A program made the position numbers and the translations under genes. A model generated the notes under the pieces. That model searched no databases. It had not been told where the DNA came from and saw only the letters and a program-made list of their open reading frames with translations. A stretch of DNA of 64,000 bases, from the NCBI GenBank assembly GCA_026129095.1, contig JAHCIT010000006.1:128235-192234 (forward strand), given 5' to 3'. Each line of letters starts with the position of its first letter. Position 1 is the first letter of the stretch. This document shows, piece by piece, positions 45,117 through 54,502 of the stretch. Source of the stretch: Deltaproteobacteria bacterium (GTDB lineage: Bacteria > JAGRBM01 > JAHCIT01).

Positions 45117-45932
45117 CTACTGGACCTTTCGCGGCAGGAACATCGGATGCGCCCACCGTGCGCCGCCATCGACCGTGAAGGTTTCGCCCGTGCAGAAATC
45201 GCAGGCCGGAGAGGCCAGGAACGTGATCACCTCGGCGATCTCCTCCGGTGTCCCGAACCGCCCCCACGGAATGCCCTTGCGGAGCGATTCGATCAGCGGC
45301 GGCGGATACTGCTTCAGGCCGCCCGTGTCGATCGTTCCCGGCGCCAGACTCACGACCCGAATGCCAAACTGCGCCCATTCGGTTGCAAGCGATTTTGTTA
45401 GGTTTGATACGGCCGCCCGCGCCGCCGAGGTGTGTGACACCCCTGGCATCCCCCGGTCGGTCGGCACGATGATGTTGATGATCACCCCGCCACGCCTGAG
45501 CATGCATGCCTTGGCCACCGCCTGCGTCATGTTCCAGGTGCCGTTCAGGTTGGTGTCAATCACCGCCCGCCAGCCCTTTTCTTCCATGACCGCCGCCGGA
45601 GCCGGAAACTGGCCACCCGCGTTATTGATCAGGATGTCGACAGTGCCATAGGCGTCCAGAACGGCCTTGATAAATCCGTCTACTGAAGCCCGGTCGCGGA
45701 TATCGAGAATGGCTCCGAGAGATTCCACTCCCGCTTCGCGGAGCTTCTCCAGACCGGCGTCCACATGGTTCTGCTTGCGCGATCCGATGGCGATTCGCGC
45801 TCCGAGACGTCCCATTTCAAGCGCCGCCGCCAGCCCGATCCCCGTGCCGCCGCCAGTCACGATCACCACCTTGCCCTTGAACAGGCCGGGCGCGAACAGG
45901 CGGGATGGCGGACCGGAATGGGACAACGGCAC
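45117..45932 (-). CDS. SDR of the trans-2-enoyl-CoA / 2,4-dienoyl-CoA reductase (PECR/AtuB-like) group
   Basis: LFAPGLF.GKV.IVTGGGTGIG, NNAGGQFPAP, KGWRAVIDTNL, HTSAARAAV (no YxxxK). Confidence 0.85.
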   Translation of the reverse strand: MPLSHSGPPSRLFAPGLFKGKVVIVTGGGTGIGLAAALEMGRLGARIAIGSRKQNHVDAGLEKLREAGVESLGAILDIRDRASVDGFIKAVLDAYGTVDILINNAGGQFPAPAAVMEEKGWRAVIDTNLNGTWNMTQAVAKACMLRRGGVIINIIVPTDRGMPGVSHTSAARAAVSNLTKSLATEWAQFGIRVVSLAPGTIDTGGLKQYPPPLIESLRKGIPWGRFGTPEEIAEVITFLASPACDFCTGETFTVDGGARWAHPMFLPRKVQ

Positions 45933-45939
45933 TTTCCTT

Positions 45940-47148
45940 TCAGTCGATCTCGAGTCCCGGCATCATCCGCCGGGCGATGATGAGCCGCTGGATCTGGCCC
46001 GTGCCCTCGAAGATATCAAACACCTGGATGTCGCGGAACAGTTTTTCGACGAGTTGTTCCTGTTCAGTGCCCGTGCCGCGCATGAGATCAAGAATTTCCC
46101 TCAGAATCTCCTTGGCGTGCTTGCAGGCATATGACTTGGACATCGATGCCTCGCGGGTATTGGGGATGCCGAGATCCGCCATGGATGCTGCATTCCAGAT
46201 CAGGAGCCTCGCTGCATGGATACGGCGGTCAAATTCAGCCACCTTCCGGCGCAAATGGGCTGACCAAGGAGCCGCTGTCCGGTGTTCACGCCGGACCCAG
46301 TCGGCAAACTCCTCATAGCCAGCCCGCGCCACTCCAAGTCCCATGGCCGCAACAAAAGGCCGGGTGGAGTCAAACGTCTTCATGGCTGTCCGGAATCCAC
46401 CCTTGGACGTTTCCGAATAGCGGCCCGGCCCTCCAAGAAGGTTTTCTTCCGGTACGCGGACGTCATCGAATACGAGTTCCGCCGTCTCCGAGGCACGGAG
46501 CCCGAGCTTCTTTTCGATCTTGCCAATGCTGAAACCGGGAGTCCCCTTCTCGACGATGAATGCACGGTGCCCGGCGCGGCCCAGTTTCGCATCCATCGAG
46601 GCGAACACAATCACCCAGCTCGCCCGGCCGCCGTTGGTGATAAAGCATTTACGGCCGTTAATTACCCACTCGTTCCCTTCCTTCCGGCAGGTGCTCCGGA
46701 TCCCGGCGACATCAGAACCGGCGCCAGGCTCCGTAAGTCCGTACGCTCCCCACCGGGCCGGTTCCTTCTTGCTGAAGATGCTGAAATACTTCTCCCGCTG
46801 CGCCTCGGTCCCCATGAAACCGAGCGGCGGGCCGCCAAGGCCAGGCCCTGGCAGGCTCATCAGGAGCGCCGCATCCCCCCACGAAAGCTCCTCGGCGGCA
46901 AGCGCACTCAGGCGGTTCACATCCGAGGGTCCTTTGGGTTTTTCCGATACCGCCTTTTTCTTCCTCGGTGCAGCATCCGCGCCAGTTCGCATGGTGATGC
47001 CCATCTTGTTCATTTTTTCGAGGAAAGCGTCATCGGCACGGCTCTCCCGGTCGCACCTGAGCGAGAGTGGACGAAAATCGTTCCTGGCGAGCTGGTGAAA
47101 CATGTCCCGCATCATCTTCTGCTGCGGGGAAAGCTCCAGATCGATCAT
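45940..47148 (-). CDS. Acyl-CoA dehydrogenase (FadE23-like)
   Basis: LPGPGLG, YGLTEPGAGSD, NGRKCFITNG, KLGLRASET, FDSTRP, FDIFEGTGQIQR. Confidence 0.93.
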   Translation of the reverse strand: MIDLELSPQQKMMRDMFHQLARNDFRPLSLRCDRESRADDAFLEKMNKMGITMRTGADAAPRKKKAVSEKPKGPSDVNRLSALAAEELSWGDAALLMSLPGPGLGGPPLGFMGTEAQREKYFSIFSKKEPARWGAYGLTEPGAGSDVAGIRSTCRKEGNEWVINGRKCFITNGGRASWVIVFASMDAKLGRAGHRAFIVEKGTPGFSIGKIEKKLGLRASETAELVFDDVRVPEENLLGGPGRYSETSKGGFRTAMKTFDSTRPFVAAMGLGVARAGYEEFADWVRREHRTAAPWSAHLRRKVAEFDRRIHAARLLIWNAASMADLGIPNTREASMSKSYACKHAKEILREILDLMRGTGTEQEQLVEKLFRDIQVFDIFEGTGQIQRLIIARRMMPGLEID

Positions 47149-47181
47149 TTTGCAAGTCTCCTGGCGGCTGAACGCGCTGGT

Positions 47182-47607
47182 TCAGTCCACCGGCGTGAAC
47201 GAATGGGTATGCAGCTTGCCGGAGATCGGGCACGGAACGAACTTGAGTTTCTGACCGATCCGGAGATCGCCGAACTTTCCATTGATCTTGGAAAGGATCC
47301 GGCCCGGACCCGGAAGTGCGGGCAGCTCCACGAGGCCGATCACTTCCGGCGCCATAAACCGGACCGACCTCGCCTGCGTGGTAAAGGCATAGAGAGTGGC
47401 GCTTTCATGAATATCAATCCACTGGACGCTGACTCCCCAGCATCTCGTACAGAACGCCCGGGGCGGATAGTCTACATGTCCGCACTTTTTGCACTTCGTT
47501 GAACAGAGCCGCTTTTCATCACGGAGAAGCCGTACATATTCGCCGAACATTGAATCGGCGTCATTGTTCATCGCCTGCCAGGAAAACTTGTCAATCAGGT
47601 CTTTCAT
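47182..47607 (-). CDS. DUF35 (Zn-ribbon plus OB-fold) protein
   Basis: CKKCG...YPPR..CTRC, then LYAFT...IGLVEL...LRIGQKL. Confidence 0.9.
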   Translation of the reverse strand: MKDLIDKFSWQAMNNDADSMFGEYVRLLRDEKRLCSTKCKKCGHVDYPPRAFCTRCWGVSVQWIDIHESATLYAFTTQARSVRFMAPEVIGLVELPALPGPGRILSKINGKFGDLRIGQKLKFVPCPISGKLHTHSFTPVD

Positions 47608-47613
47608 TGGCCG

Positions 47614-48819
47614 CTACGCCCCCATCCGTTCGAAAGTCATCACGATCGAGCCGTTGAGGCAGCCATGCTCGGCATGGATCAGCCCGAGGCGTGCATCCGG
47701 AACCTGCCGGCCGGGCGCCCGCGCCGTCAGGTGGCGGGTCACTTCGACCACTTCCATGAGCGGCGTCGCTCCAGCCGGGTGGCCATAGCAGATACGCCCG
47801 CCCGTCGGATTGACGACGATATCTCCACCCCAGGTATTGCGTCCTTCTGCAACCCAGCGGGCAGCCTTCCCCTTTGCGCACCAGCCCAGATCCTCATACA
47901 GCATCAGTTCTGTAGGCGCGAAAACGCCGTAAACCTCGGCCACATCCACATCGGTGGACTTGATACCCGCCTGGGTGCATGCCTCGGCAACGGCCATCTG
48001 CGCGGATTTGTATTCCGACATGGAACCAGTGACCGGACAGAAATGCTCCGGCTCGTGCCATTCGCCGACGCCGGTTACTCTTGCCACGGGTTTTTTCAGC
48101 CCTTTGGCGACGTCGAGCGAGGTTACCACCGCTGCCGCCGCTCCAGAGCTGAACGGACAGCACATGGGCAACGTCAGGGGCGGCGACTGCATCGGTGCAT
48201 TCAGGATGTCATCCTGCGTGGCCGGCTCCCGGAACTGGGCCCCCGGATGCTGGGCCGCGTGCTCGCGCAATCGCACCACACAATCAGCGACCTGTTCGAT
48301 CGTCGTGCCGGTTTCATGCATGTAACGCTGCCCGCTCATGGCATAGAACGGGATGGGCGCGCCGGCGCCGAATGCCCCGTCATAGGATCCCTGCAGACTC
48401 ACCTGCGCGTAGGCTCCCTGCCGCAGCGTCTGCTGGAAATCACTGGTATCGACGACGCTGGTACGGTGATCAGCGGCGATGACGAGCGCCGCACGGCAAC
48501 GGCCAAGCGTCACTTCGTCAACTGCGAACCTCAACGCCAGCGCCGCCGTGACCCCGCCGTTTTCCACCAGCGTCAGCGTTTTCGTGGGGATGCCCAGGTA
48601 TTTCCCCATATGCGCCGCGAACATCATGAACAGCTCCGGGTTGAGCCCCGGTGGCGTCAGAAAGAGTCCATCGATGTCTTTCGGATCGAGACCCGAGTCC
48701 TCCACCGCTTCCCGGGCCATCTCGAACATGACGTCCCGTATGGGCCGTGGGCCTTTCTTCGTAACCGGAGTTGCGGCCACCCCGGCAATTACAGCATCAA
48801 TACTGGCGCGTACAACCAT
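47614..48819 (-). CDS. SCP2/Ltp2-type thiolase-fold protein lacking the nucleophilic Cys
   Basis: IAGV..TP, ENGGVTA at the usual ACASG position, CCPFSSGAAA, DVAEVY, NPTGG...GHPAGAT, RQVPDA. Confidence 0.88.
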   Translation of the reverse strand: MVVRASIDAVIAGVAATPVTKKGPRPIRDVMFEMAREAVEDSGLDPKDIDGLFLTPPGLNPELFMMFAAHMGKYLGIPTKTLTLVENGGVTAALALRFAVDEVTLGRCRAALVIAADHRTSVVDTSDFQQTLRQGAYAQVSLQGSYDGAFGAGAPIPFYAMSGQRYMHETGTTIEQVADCVVRLREHAAQHPGAQFREPATQDDILNAPMQSPPLTLPMCCPFSSGAAAAVVTSLDVAKGLKKPVARVTGVGEWHEPEHFCPVTGSMSEYKSAQMAVAEACTQAGIKSTDVDVAEVYGVFAPTELMLYEDLGWCAKGKAARWVAEGRNTWGGDIVVNPTGGRICYGHPAGATPLMEVVEVTRHLTARAPGRQVPDARLGLIHAEHGCLNGSIVMTFERMGA

Positions 48820-49060
48820 GATTTAATGAGCTACCAAATATAGCTATTTATCGTCAAGATATATTTACTGAGCTTTATTCATATTAAGTGCAAAATTTCA
48901 AAATATATGACTATTTTATTAATAAAATCAGAATATTATATTACAAATCTCTCCGTGATCAGAACTTCTATAAATTATTTTCTTGTGTTACTTCGTATAC
49001 TATGTATTATTTGGGTCAATCGAGGGAGCACGAAGGCGGGCTCCTTCCGGAGGCGACCAC
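48820..49060. promoter_or_regulatory. AT-rich divergent promoter region with candidate operators
   Basis: Strongly AT-rich against the GC-rich background. Perfect palindrome ATTTTATTAATAAAAT (48913-48928), imperfect palindrome TACTTCGTATACTATGTA (48989-49006), TTGTGT-N16-TATTAT. Confidence 0.75.
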
Positions 49061-49062
49061 TG

Positions 49063-50634
49063 GTGGCGGTTCTGGTGCCCGATATCCTGCGCGAACAGGC
49101 GGCCAAGACCACGGGCCAGACAGCCATCGATATCATCGGTTCTGCCTCGATGACCTATGGAGAATGGGAAGCGCGCAGCAACCGGCTCGCCCGCGCCCTG
49201 GTCAAGGCTGGCCTCAAGCCGGATGACCGGGTCGCCCTCTGGTTCACCAATGAGGATGCACTCGATTATGCGGTCGGCTACTTCGCCATCCAGAAAGCTG
49301 GCGGCGTTACGGTGCCCGTAAATGCCCGGCTCACGGCCCGCGAGTCGGCCTGGATCCTGGAGCATTCGGCCTCCCGTTTTCTGCTCGCCCAGAGCCGCCA
49401 GTCCCCGGAACTCGCTGCCATCCTGAAGCTCGCCCCGGCAGGACTGAAAGCAGTCACCCGAGGGGGGCTCCCCGGCACATTCGGCTGGGATTCCTTCGAG
49501 TCCGGACAGAGCACGGATACCATTCAGGTGGAGCGCGCCCCCGACGATCTCGCCGATATTCTTTATACCTCCGGAACCACCGGGTTTCCCAAAGGTGTCG
49601 CCAGCACTCATGCCAACGTAGCTCTTGTCACCAAAGGACGTCTCGGTGCGATGTTCGCCGGACAGACGTTCCTGCATGCTGTCCCCTACTACACCTTCGC
49701 CGGCACCCACGCGATGCTGATGCTTCCGCTTACAGGTGGCATGACATCCGTAGTCCTGCCGAGGTTCGATGCGGCCCTGTTTCTGGAACTGATCGCCGAA
49801 CGCAAGGCGGCCTTGCTATATGCGGTACCTTCGATGCTGATGCTGATGCTCCGCGATCCATCCATCGGCGAATACGACTACCGCTCGCTCAAAATGATTC
49901 TCTACGGAACGGCGCCAATGCCGCCTGAGGGTATCCGCGGACTCGCCCAGAGGTTCCCGCAGGCGATGCAAATCAATGTCTATGGTCTCACCGAAGCCGG
50001 TGGAGCGGGTTGCACACTGCCGCCCACCGAGGCCCTCAAGCGGCCGGGCAGCATCGGCAAGCCTCTGCCTCCGACCGAAATCAGGATCTGTGACGGAAAC
50101 GGCCACGAACTCCCCGCCGGCGAGCAGGGTGAAATCTGGCTTCGCACACCGGGAAACCGCCGCCGCTATTTCAACAACGAGCAGGCGACGCGAGAAACCT
50201 GGACCGAAGACGGCTGGCTGAAAACAGGCGATGTGGGTCACTTTGACACCGACGGTTATCTCTATATCGACGACCGGCTCAAGGACATGATCATCCGGGG
50301 TGGGCACAACATCTTCGCCCTAGAGGTGGAAAACGTGCTCTATGAGCATCCGGCTGTCGCCGAGGTGGCCGTGGTCGGAGTACCGCACACGATCCTGGGT
50401 GAGGACGTGAAGGCATTCATCGTTCTGCGCGACGGCTCCAGTCCAGATGCCGATGAACTGCAGGCGTTCTGTGCCGGGCGGCTCGCCGATTACAAGCGCC
50501 CCCGTCAGATCGAATTTGTACGTGAGCTTCCACGCAATGCTCTTGGCAAGGTCTTGAAACGCGTCCTGCGAGGCGGCGATACAGCCGGTGCCCAGACCGG
50601 AAGCCAGCCGCCGGAAGGGGCTGCCCATGCCTGA
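49063..50634 (+). CDS. Acyl-CoA synthetase (AMP-forming)
   Basis: YTSGTTGFPKG, YGLTE, WLKTGD, DRLKDMIIRGG.N, LPRNALGK. GGAGG 9 nt before GTG 49063. Confidence 0.95.
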   Translation: MAVLVPDILREQAAKTTGQTAIDIIGSASMTYGEWEARSNRLARALVKAGLKPDDRVALWFTNEDALDYAVGYFAIQKAGGVTVPVNARLTARESAWILEHSASRFLLAQSRQSPELAAILKLAPAGLKAVTRGGLPGTFGWDSFESGQSTDTIQVERAPDDLADILYTSGTTGFPKGVASTHANVALVTKGRLGAMFAGQTFLHAVPYYTFAGTHAMLMLPLTGGMTSVVLPRFDAALFLELIAERKAALLYAVPSMLMLMLRDPSIGEYDYRSLKMILYGTAPMPPEGIRGLAQRFPQAMQINVYGLTEAGGAGCTLPPTEALKRPGSIGKPLPPTEIRICDGNGHELPAGEQGEIWLRTPGNRRRYFNNEQATRETWTEDGWLKTGDVGHFDTDGYLYIDDRLKDMIIRGGHNIFALEVENVLYEHPAVAEVAVVGVPHTILGEDVKAFIVLRDGSSPDADELQAFCAGRLADYKRPRQIEFVRELPRNALGKVLKRVLRGGDTAGAQTGSQPPEGAAHA

Positions 50635-51418
50635 CGCCCTTTCCGGCCTCCACCGCATTCACTACACCGATGCAGGGTCCGGTTATCCCGTTCTGTTCGG
50701 GCATTCCCTCACTTTCGATGGCACGATGTTCGAGGCCCAAACAGCCGTCCTGTCGAAGAAGTTCCGGTGCATTTCCATCGACTTCCGGGGACACGGCAAG
50801 AGCTCGAAACTGGACGAACCCTATACGCTGGACGACAACGCCGCCGACGTGCTGGCTGTGGCCGACACCATTGGTGCGAAGCGGTTTCACTACGTGGGCC
50901 TTTCCATGGGCGGAATGACCGGCATGCGGGTGGTGCTCCGGGCACCGGAACGGATGACGGCACTCGCGCTTCTCGACACCAGCGCTGGCGAGGAAGACCC
51001 GGCAAAACGAGCAGCTTATTCGGACTACGCAAAACAGTCCCGGGACAAGCCGCCCATGCCCCCCATGATCGAAATGACCCTCGGCCTCATGTTTTCACCT
51101 GCCTTCATGAAGCGCGAACCGGCTGTAACGGATCGCTACCGTAAGATTCTTCTTTCCAATGACGTAAATGCCATCTCGCAGGCAACCCTGGCCGTCACAA
51201 ACCGCGACAGCATTCTGGAGCGTATTGGCTCGATCAAGTGTCCAGTGCTCGTTATCGTGGGATCACAGGATATCGCCACGCCGCCAGCCCAGGCCCGTGC
51301 CATCGCCAGTTCGATTCCCAATGCCGCACTCGAAGTCATTGAAGGTGCTGGTCACATGACCCCGGTCGAAGCCCCCGAACAGGTCACACGTCTCTTACTG
51401 GAATTCCTGGGAGAATAG
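50627..51418 (+). CDS. Alpha/beta hydrolase (PcaD enol-lactone hydrolase-like)
   Basis: DFRGHG.S, GLSMGG, GSQD, GAGH. Overlaps the ligase stop. Confidence 0.9.
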   Translation: MPDALSGLHRIHYTDAGSGYPVLFGHSLTFDGTMFEAQTAVLSKKFRCISIDFRGHGKSSKLDEPYTLDDNAADVLAVADTIGAKRFHYVGLSMGGMTGMRVVLRAPERMTALALLDTSAGEEDPAKRAAYSDYAKQSRDKPPMPPMIEMTLGLMFSPAFMKREPAVTDRYRKILLSNDVNAISQATLAVTNRDSILERIGSIKCPVLVIVGSQDIATPPAQARAIASSIPNAALEVIEGAGHMTPVEAPEQVTRLLLEFLGE

Positions 51419-51421
51419 CGC

Positions 51422-52219
51422 ATGGACGATGCAGTCATCCTTGAGCGGCAGGGCCATCTGGCGGTTCTCACCTTGAACCGTCCTGATAACCGGAACGCCA
51501 TGACTGTGGAACTCCTCGATGCCTTCAGAACTCGCGTCGCGGAGGTTAAAGGGGACAATGCAGTCCGGGTACTCATTGTCACTGGCAGTGGCAAGAACTT
51601 CTGCTCCGGCGCCGATTTCAAGGCCACGGCAGATCTCATGACCCGGAGCGGCATGGCGGGCACTCCCGGCATGCGTGAATCGGCCAAATGGGTCTACGGA
51701 TCGTTCCTAGCACTTCTCGAACTGGACATCCCGGTCATCGCTGCCATGAATGGACATGCCATCGGGGGCGGACTGGGGCTGGCGCTTGCCTGCGATCTTC
51801 GTGTTGCTGCTGTAAGTGCCAGGATAGGCGCGAACTTTGTCCGGCTGGGGCTGCATCCCGGCATGGCAGTTTCCTATCTTCTGCCAAGACTTACTGGCCT
51901 ACCCATTGCCGCGGAACTGCTCTTCACCGGCCGGATCATTAACGGTGACGAAGCGGCCCGGTTCGGTCTGGTCAACTACGCCGTTCCGGAAGCTGAAGTC
52001 ATGGACCGGGCAAAAGCCCTCGCCACGGAAATCGCAGCGTGCGCCCCCTACGCCGTCAGGCTGACCAAGCGATCCCTTTACAACGGGCTTCAGATGAACC
52101 CGGCGGCTGCGCTCGAAACCGAAGCCTACGCGCAGGCCCTGTGCAGCCAGACCGACGACGCCAAGGAAGGCGTTATGGCCCTCATGCAGAAGCGCGAACC
52201 GGTGTTCAAGGGGAAGTAG
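51422..52219 (+). CDS. Enoyl-CoA hydratase/isomerase (crotonase) family protein
   Basis: LNRPD.RNA, FCSGAD, NGHAIGGGLG, F..LGLHPGMA, KR.P.F.G. Confidence 0.92.
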   Translation: MDDAVILERQGHLAVLTLNRPDNRNAMTVELLDAFRTRVAEVKGDNAVRVLIVTGSGKNFCSGADFKATADLMTRSGMAGTPGMRESAKWVYGSFLALLELDIPVIAAMNGHAIGGGLGLALACDLRVAAVSARIGANFVRLGLHPGMAVSYLLPRLTGLPIAAELLFTGRIINGDEAARFGLVNYAVPEAEVMDRAKALATEIAACAPYAVRLTKRSLYNGLQMNPAAALETEAYAQALCSQTDDAKEGVMALMQKREPVFKGK

Positions 52220-52228
52220 GGAACGGGC

Positions 52229-53266
52229 ATGTTCGGCTTTGCACTAAGCGATGAAGAGGAAATGATACGGTCGACCGCCGAGGCGTTCGCCCGCTCCGAA
52301 CTGCTTCCCAAGGTACGCGACCACGAAGCGGCCCAAGCCCTTCCCGCTCACCTCTCGAAGAAGTTCGACGACACCGGTCTTGGGCTGGCCGGTGTTCCGG
52401 AAACCGCTGGTGGCGCGGGACTCGGTGCATTTGCCGATACACTGGTTTACTACGAACTGTCCCGCGCCGATGCCGGTGCCGCCTTCGCCCTAGGACTTTC
52501 CGGTCTTGGGTTACGGATTTTTGGCCTGAATACCGGCCCTGTCCATCTGGCGAGCGACATTGACCAGAGGCTGGAGGCCTCTGGCGGCTTTGTCAGCGGG
52601 AAGTGGCCCCTTTCGTTCGGACGCGAAACGGGCCGGGCACTTGTACTTCTGTCAGGTTCCGACTCCGCCGTGTTCATCGAGACCGGAGTTTCAGCCACTC
52701 CCTGCCGGCCAGCGGCACTGGATACGGCACAGGGATGGACACTCTCGTTCGACAAGGCCCCAGTCAAGAAAACAGTTCCTGCGGCCGCATTCCAGAACCA
52801 CACCCGCCAGCTTGCCGCCACACTGCTGGCAGGCCTTTCGGCCTGCGCACTGGAATATGCCCGCGCCTATACGATGGAACGCAAGACCTTCGGGCGCACA
52901 CTGGCACACCATCAGGGAGTCGCCTTTGTTCTGGCTGAGATGGCCATGCGGACCGAGGCATCAAGACTGGCTGTCTGGCGATCGGCATGGCGCATGGACA
53001 GCGGGAAAGAGGCCCGGTTCGACACGGCTGCTGCCTTTGTCGAAGCGGCACAGAACGCCCTGTTCGTCTGCGATCAGGCCCTTCAGCTCCTCGGCGGTCA
53101 TGGCTACATGAAGGACCATTTCGTGGAGAAATATTTCCGCGAGGCACGTGTCCTTTCGCAGCTTTGGGGCGGCGTGGACGGCGCCCTGATGACAGCCGGG
53201 GCTTTCTCAACCTCGCTGAGCACCGAAATCGGGTTTCCGGAGCTGGTAGAGGGTCGAACCCCATGA
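52229..53266 (+). CDS. Degenerate acyl-CoA dehydrogenase subunit (FadE24-like partner)
   Basis: ACAD N-terminus and C-terminus (RKTFG...HQGVAF.LAEM, QLLGGHGYMKD..VEKY.R) are present. The middle TEP..GSD FAD motif and the C-terminal EG are lost. ATGA overlap with the next gene. Confidence 0.85.
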   Translation: MFGFALSDEEEMIRSTAEAFARSELLPKVRDHEAAQALPAHLSKKFDDTGLGLAGVPETAGGAGLGAFADTLVYYELSRADAGAAFALGLSGLGLRIFGLNTGPVHLASDIDQRLEASGGFVSGKWPLSFGRETGRALVLLSGSDSAVFIETGVSATPCRPAALDTAQGWTLSFDKAPVKKTVPAAAFQNHTRQLAATLLAGLSACALEYARAYTMERKTFGRTLAHHQGVAFVLAEMAMRTEASRLAVWRSAWRMDSGKEARFDTAAAFVEAAQNALFVCDQALQLLGGHGYMKDHFVEKYFREARVLSQLWGGVDGALMTAGAFSTSLSTEIGFPELVEGRTP

Positions 53267-54495
53267 TCGACCTTTCCCTCGACAATGCCAGCCGCGCACA
53301 GCTCACCATGCTGAAATGGCTGGGGGAAAAGTATCTCCGGCCCCTAGGGATAGAGGCGGACCGGCTGGAGCGTCCCATTCCACCGGACCATGAGTTCTTC
53401 CTGAAAGTGCTCGAGATGGGCCTGGGTGGACGCGGGCTGAATGATGAGGAGGACAACGGGAAAAAGAGCCGCGATCCAGACAAGCCTTCCTCGGGCGCCC
53501 GGCGGGGAGTAATTTTCGCTGAGGAAGCTTCCTACTGGGATCGTGGCTCTGCCGTTGCCTTGCCGGGACCGGGTCTTGGTGGCGCACCCATTCACCACAT
53601 GGGAACGCCCGAGCAAAAGGAGCGGTTCCTGGGGCCATTCCGCCAGAAAGACCGCCCTCGCTGGGGTGCTTTTGGAATGACCGAGGCAGGTGCGGGCTCG
53701 GATGTGGCCGGCATACGCACGACGGCGGTGAAAGACGGAGATCACTATGTCCTGAACGGGTCGAAGACCTTCATATCCAACTCGCAGCGGGCTGAATGGG
53801 TTGTGGTTTTCGCTACGGTGGACCCGTCGAAGGGACGCGATGCTCACCGCGCCTTTGTTGTTGAAAAGGGAACGCCGGGATTTTCCATCACACGCGTGGA
53901 AAAGAAGATCGGCCTGCGGGCCTATGAAACCTGCAGCTTCACGCTGGACAACTGCCGCATCCCGGTGGCGAACTTGCTGGGTGGCGAGGCGTTCTACGAA
54001 GGCCGGGCAGGATTCAAGGGTGCCATGAAATCATTCGATTCCACCCGCCCCATTGTCGCCGTTATGTCGGTCGGCATCGCCCGTGCAGCGTGGGAACATG
54101 CCCGCGATTTCATCCGGCAGAACTACGTTACAGATCGCCCAGTTCCCCGCTATCAGCGAATTCTTGAGCGGCTGGCGCTCATGCGGATGAAAATAGACCA
54201 TGCCCGGCTTCTCTGCTGGCGTGCCGCCTGGCTCGCTGACCACAAGAAACCCAATACGCTGGAAGCCTCCATCGCAAAGGCCTACGCGCCGCCGGTAGCA
54301 CTCGAAGCAACCCGTCTTGGCCTGGAGATAATGGCCGACGCCGGTATCACTGGCGATGCGTATCTCGACAAGCTGTACCGCGATGTGAAGGTACTCGACA
54401 TCGTCGAAGGCACCCAGCAGATCCAGAGAATCGTGATCGCGAGACGGATCGTGGATTATCCCGGCGTGTCCGGAGAACCAGCCGACAAGGAGTAA
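53263..54495 (+). CDS. Acyl-CoA dehydrogenase (FadE23-like)
   Basis: LPGPGLG, FGMTEAGAGSD, KIGLRA.ET, FDSTRP, LDIVEGTQQIQR. Confidence 0.93.
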   Translation: MIDLSLDNASRAQLTMLKWLGEKYLRPLGIEADRLERPIPPDHEFFLKVLEMGLGGRGLNDEEDNGKKSRDPDKPSSGARRGVIFAEEASYWDRGSAVALPGPGLGGAPIHHMGTPEQKERFLGPFRQKDRPRWGAFGMTEAGAGSDVAGIRTTAVKDGDHYVLNGSKTFISNSQRAEWVVVFATVDPSKGRDAHRAFVVEKGTPGFSITRVEKKIGLRAYETCSFTLDNCRIPVANLLGGEAFYEGRAGFKGAMKSFDSTRPIVAVMSVGIARAAWEHARDFIRQNYVTDRPVPRYQRILERLALMRMKIDHARLLCWRAAWLADHKKPNTLEASIAKAYAPPVALEATRLGLEIMADAGITGDAYLDKLYRDVKVLDIVEGTQQIQRIVIARRIVDYPGVSGEPADKE

Positions 54496-54502
54496 CATTT
54501 CC

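Noticed and set aside
48990-49017. dif/pdif- or loxP-like site (ACTTCGTATAC-TATGTA-TTATTTGGGTC)
   Set aside because: The left arm resembles a XerC arm, but the normally better-conserved XerD arm matches poorly after TTAT. It is better explained as an operator palindrome overlapping a promoter.
48907-49062. N-terminal extension of the acyl-CoA ligase
   Set aside because: It runs through the AT-rich promoter region, and a GGAGG-GTG start exists at 49063.
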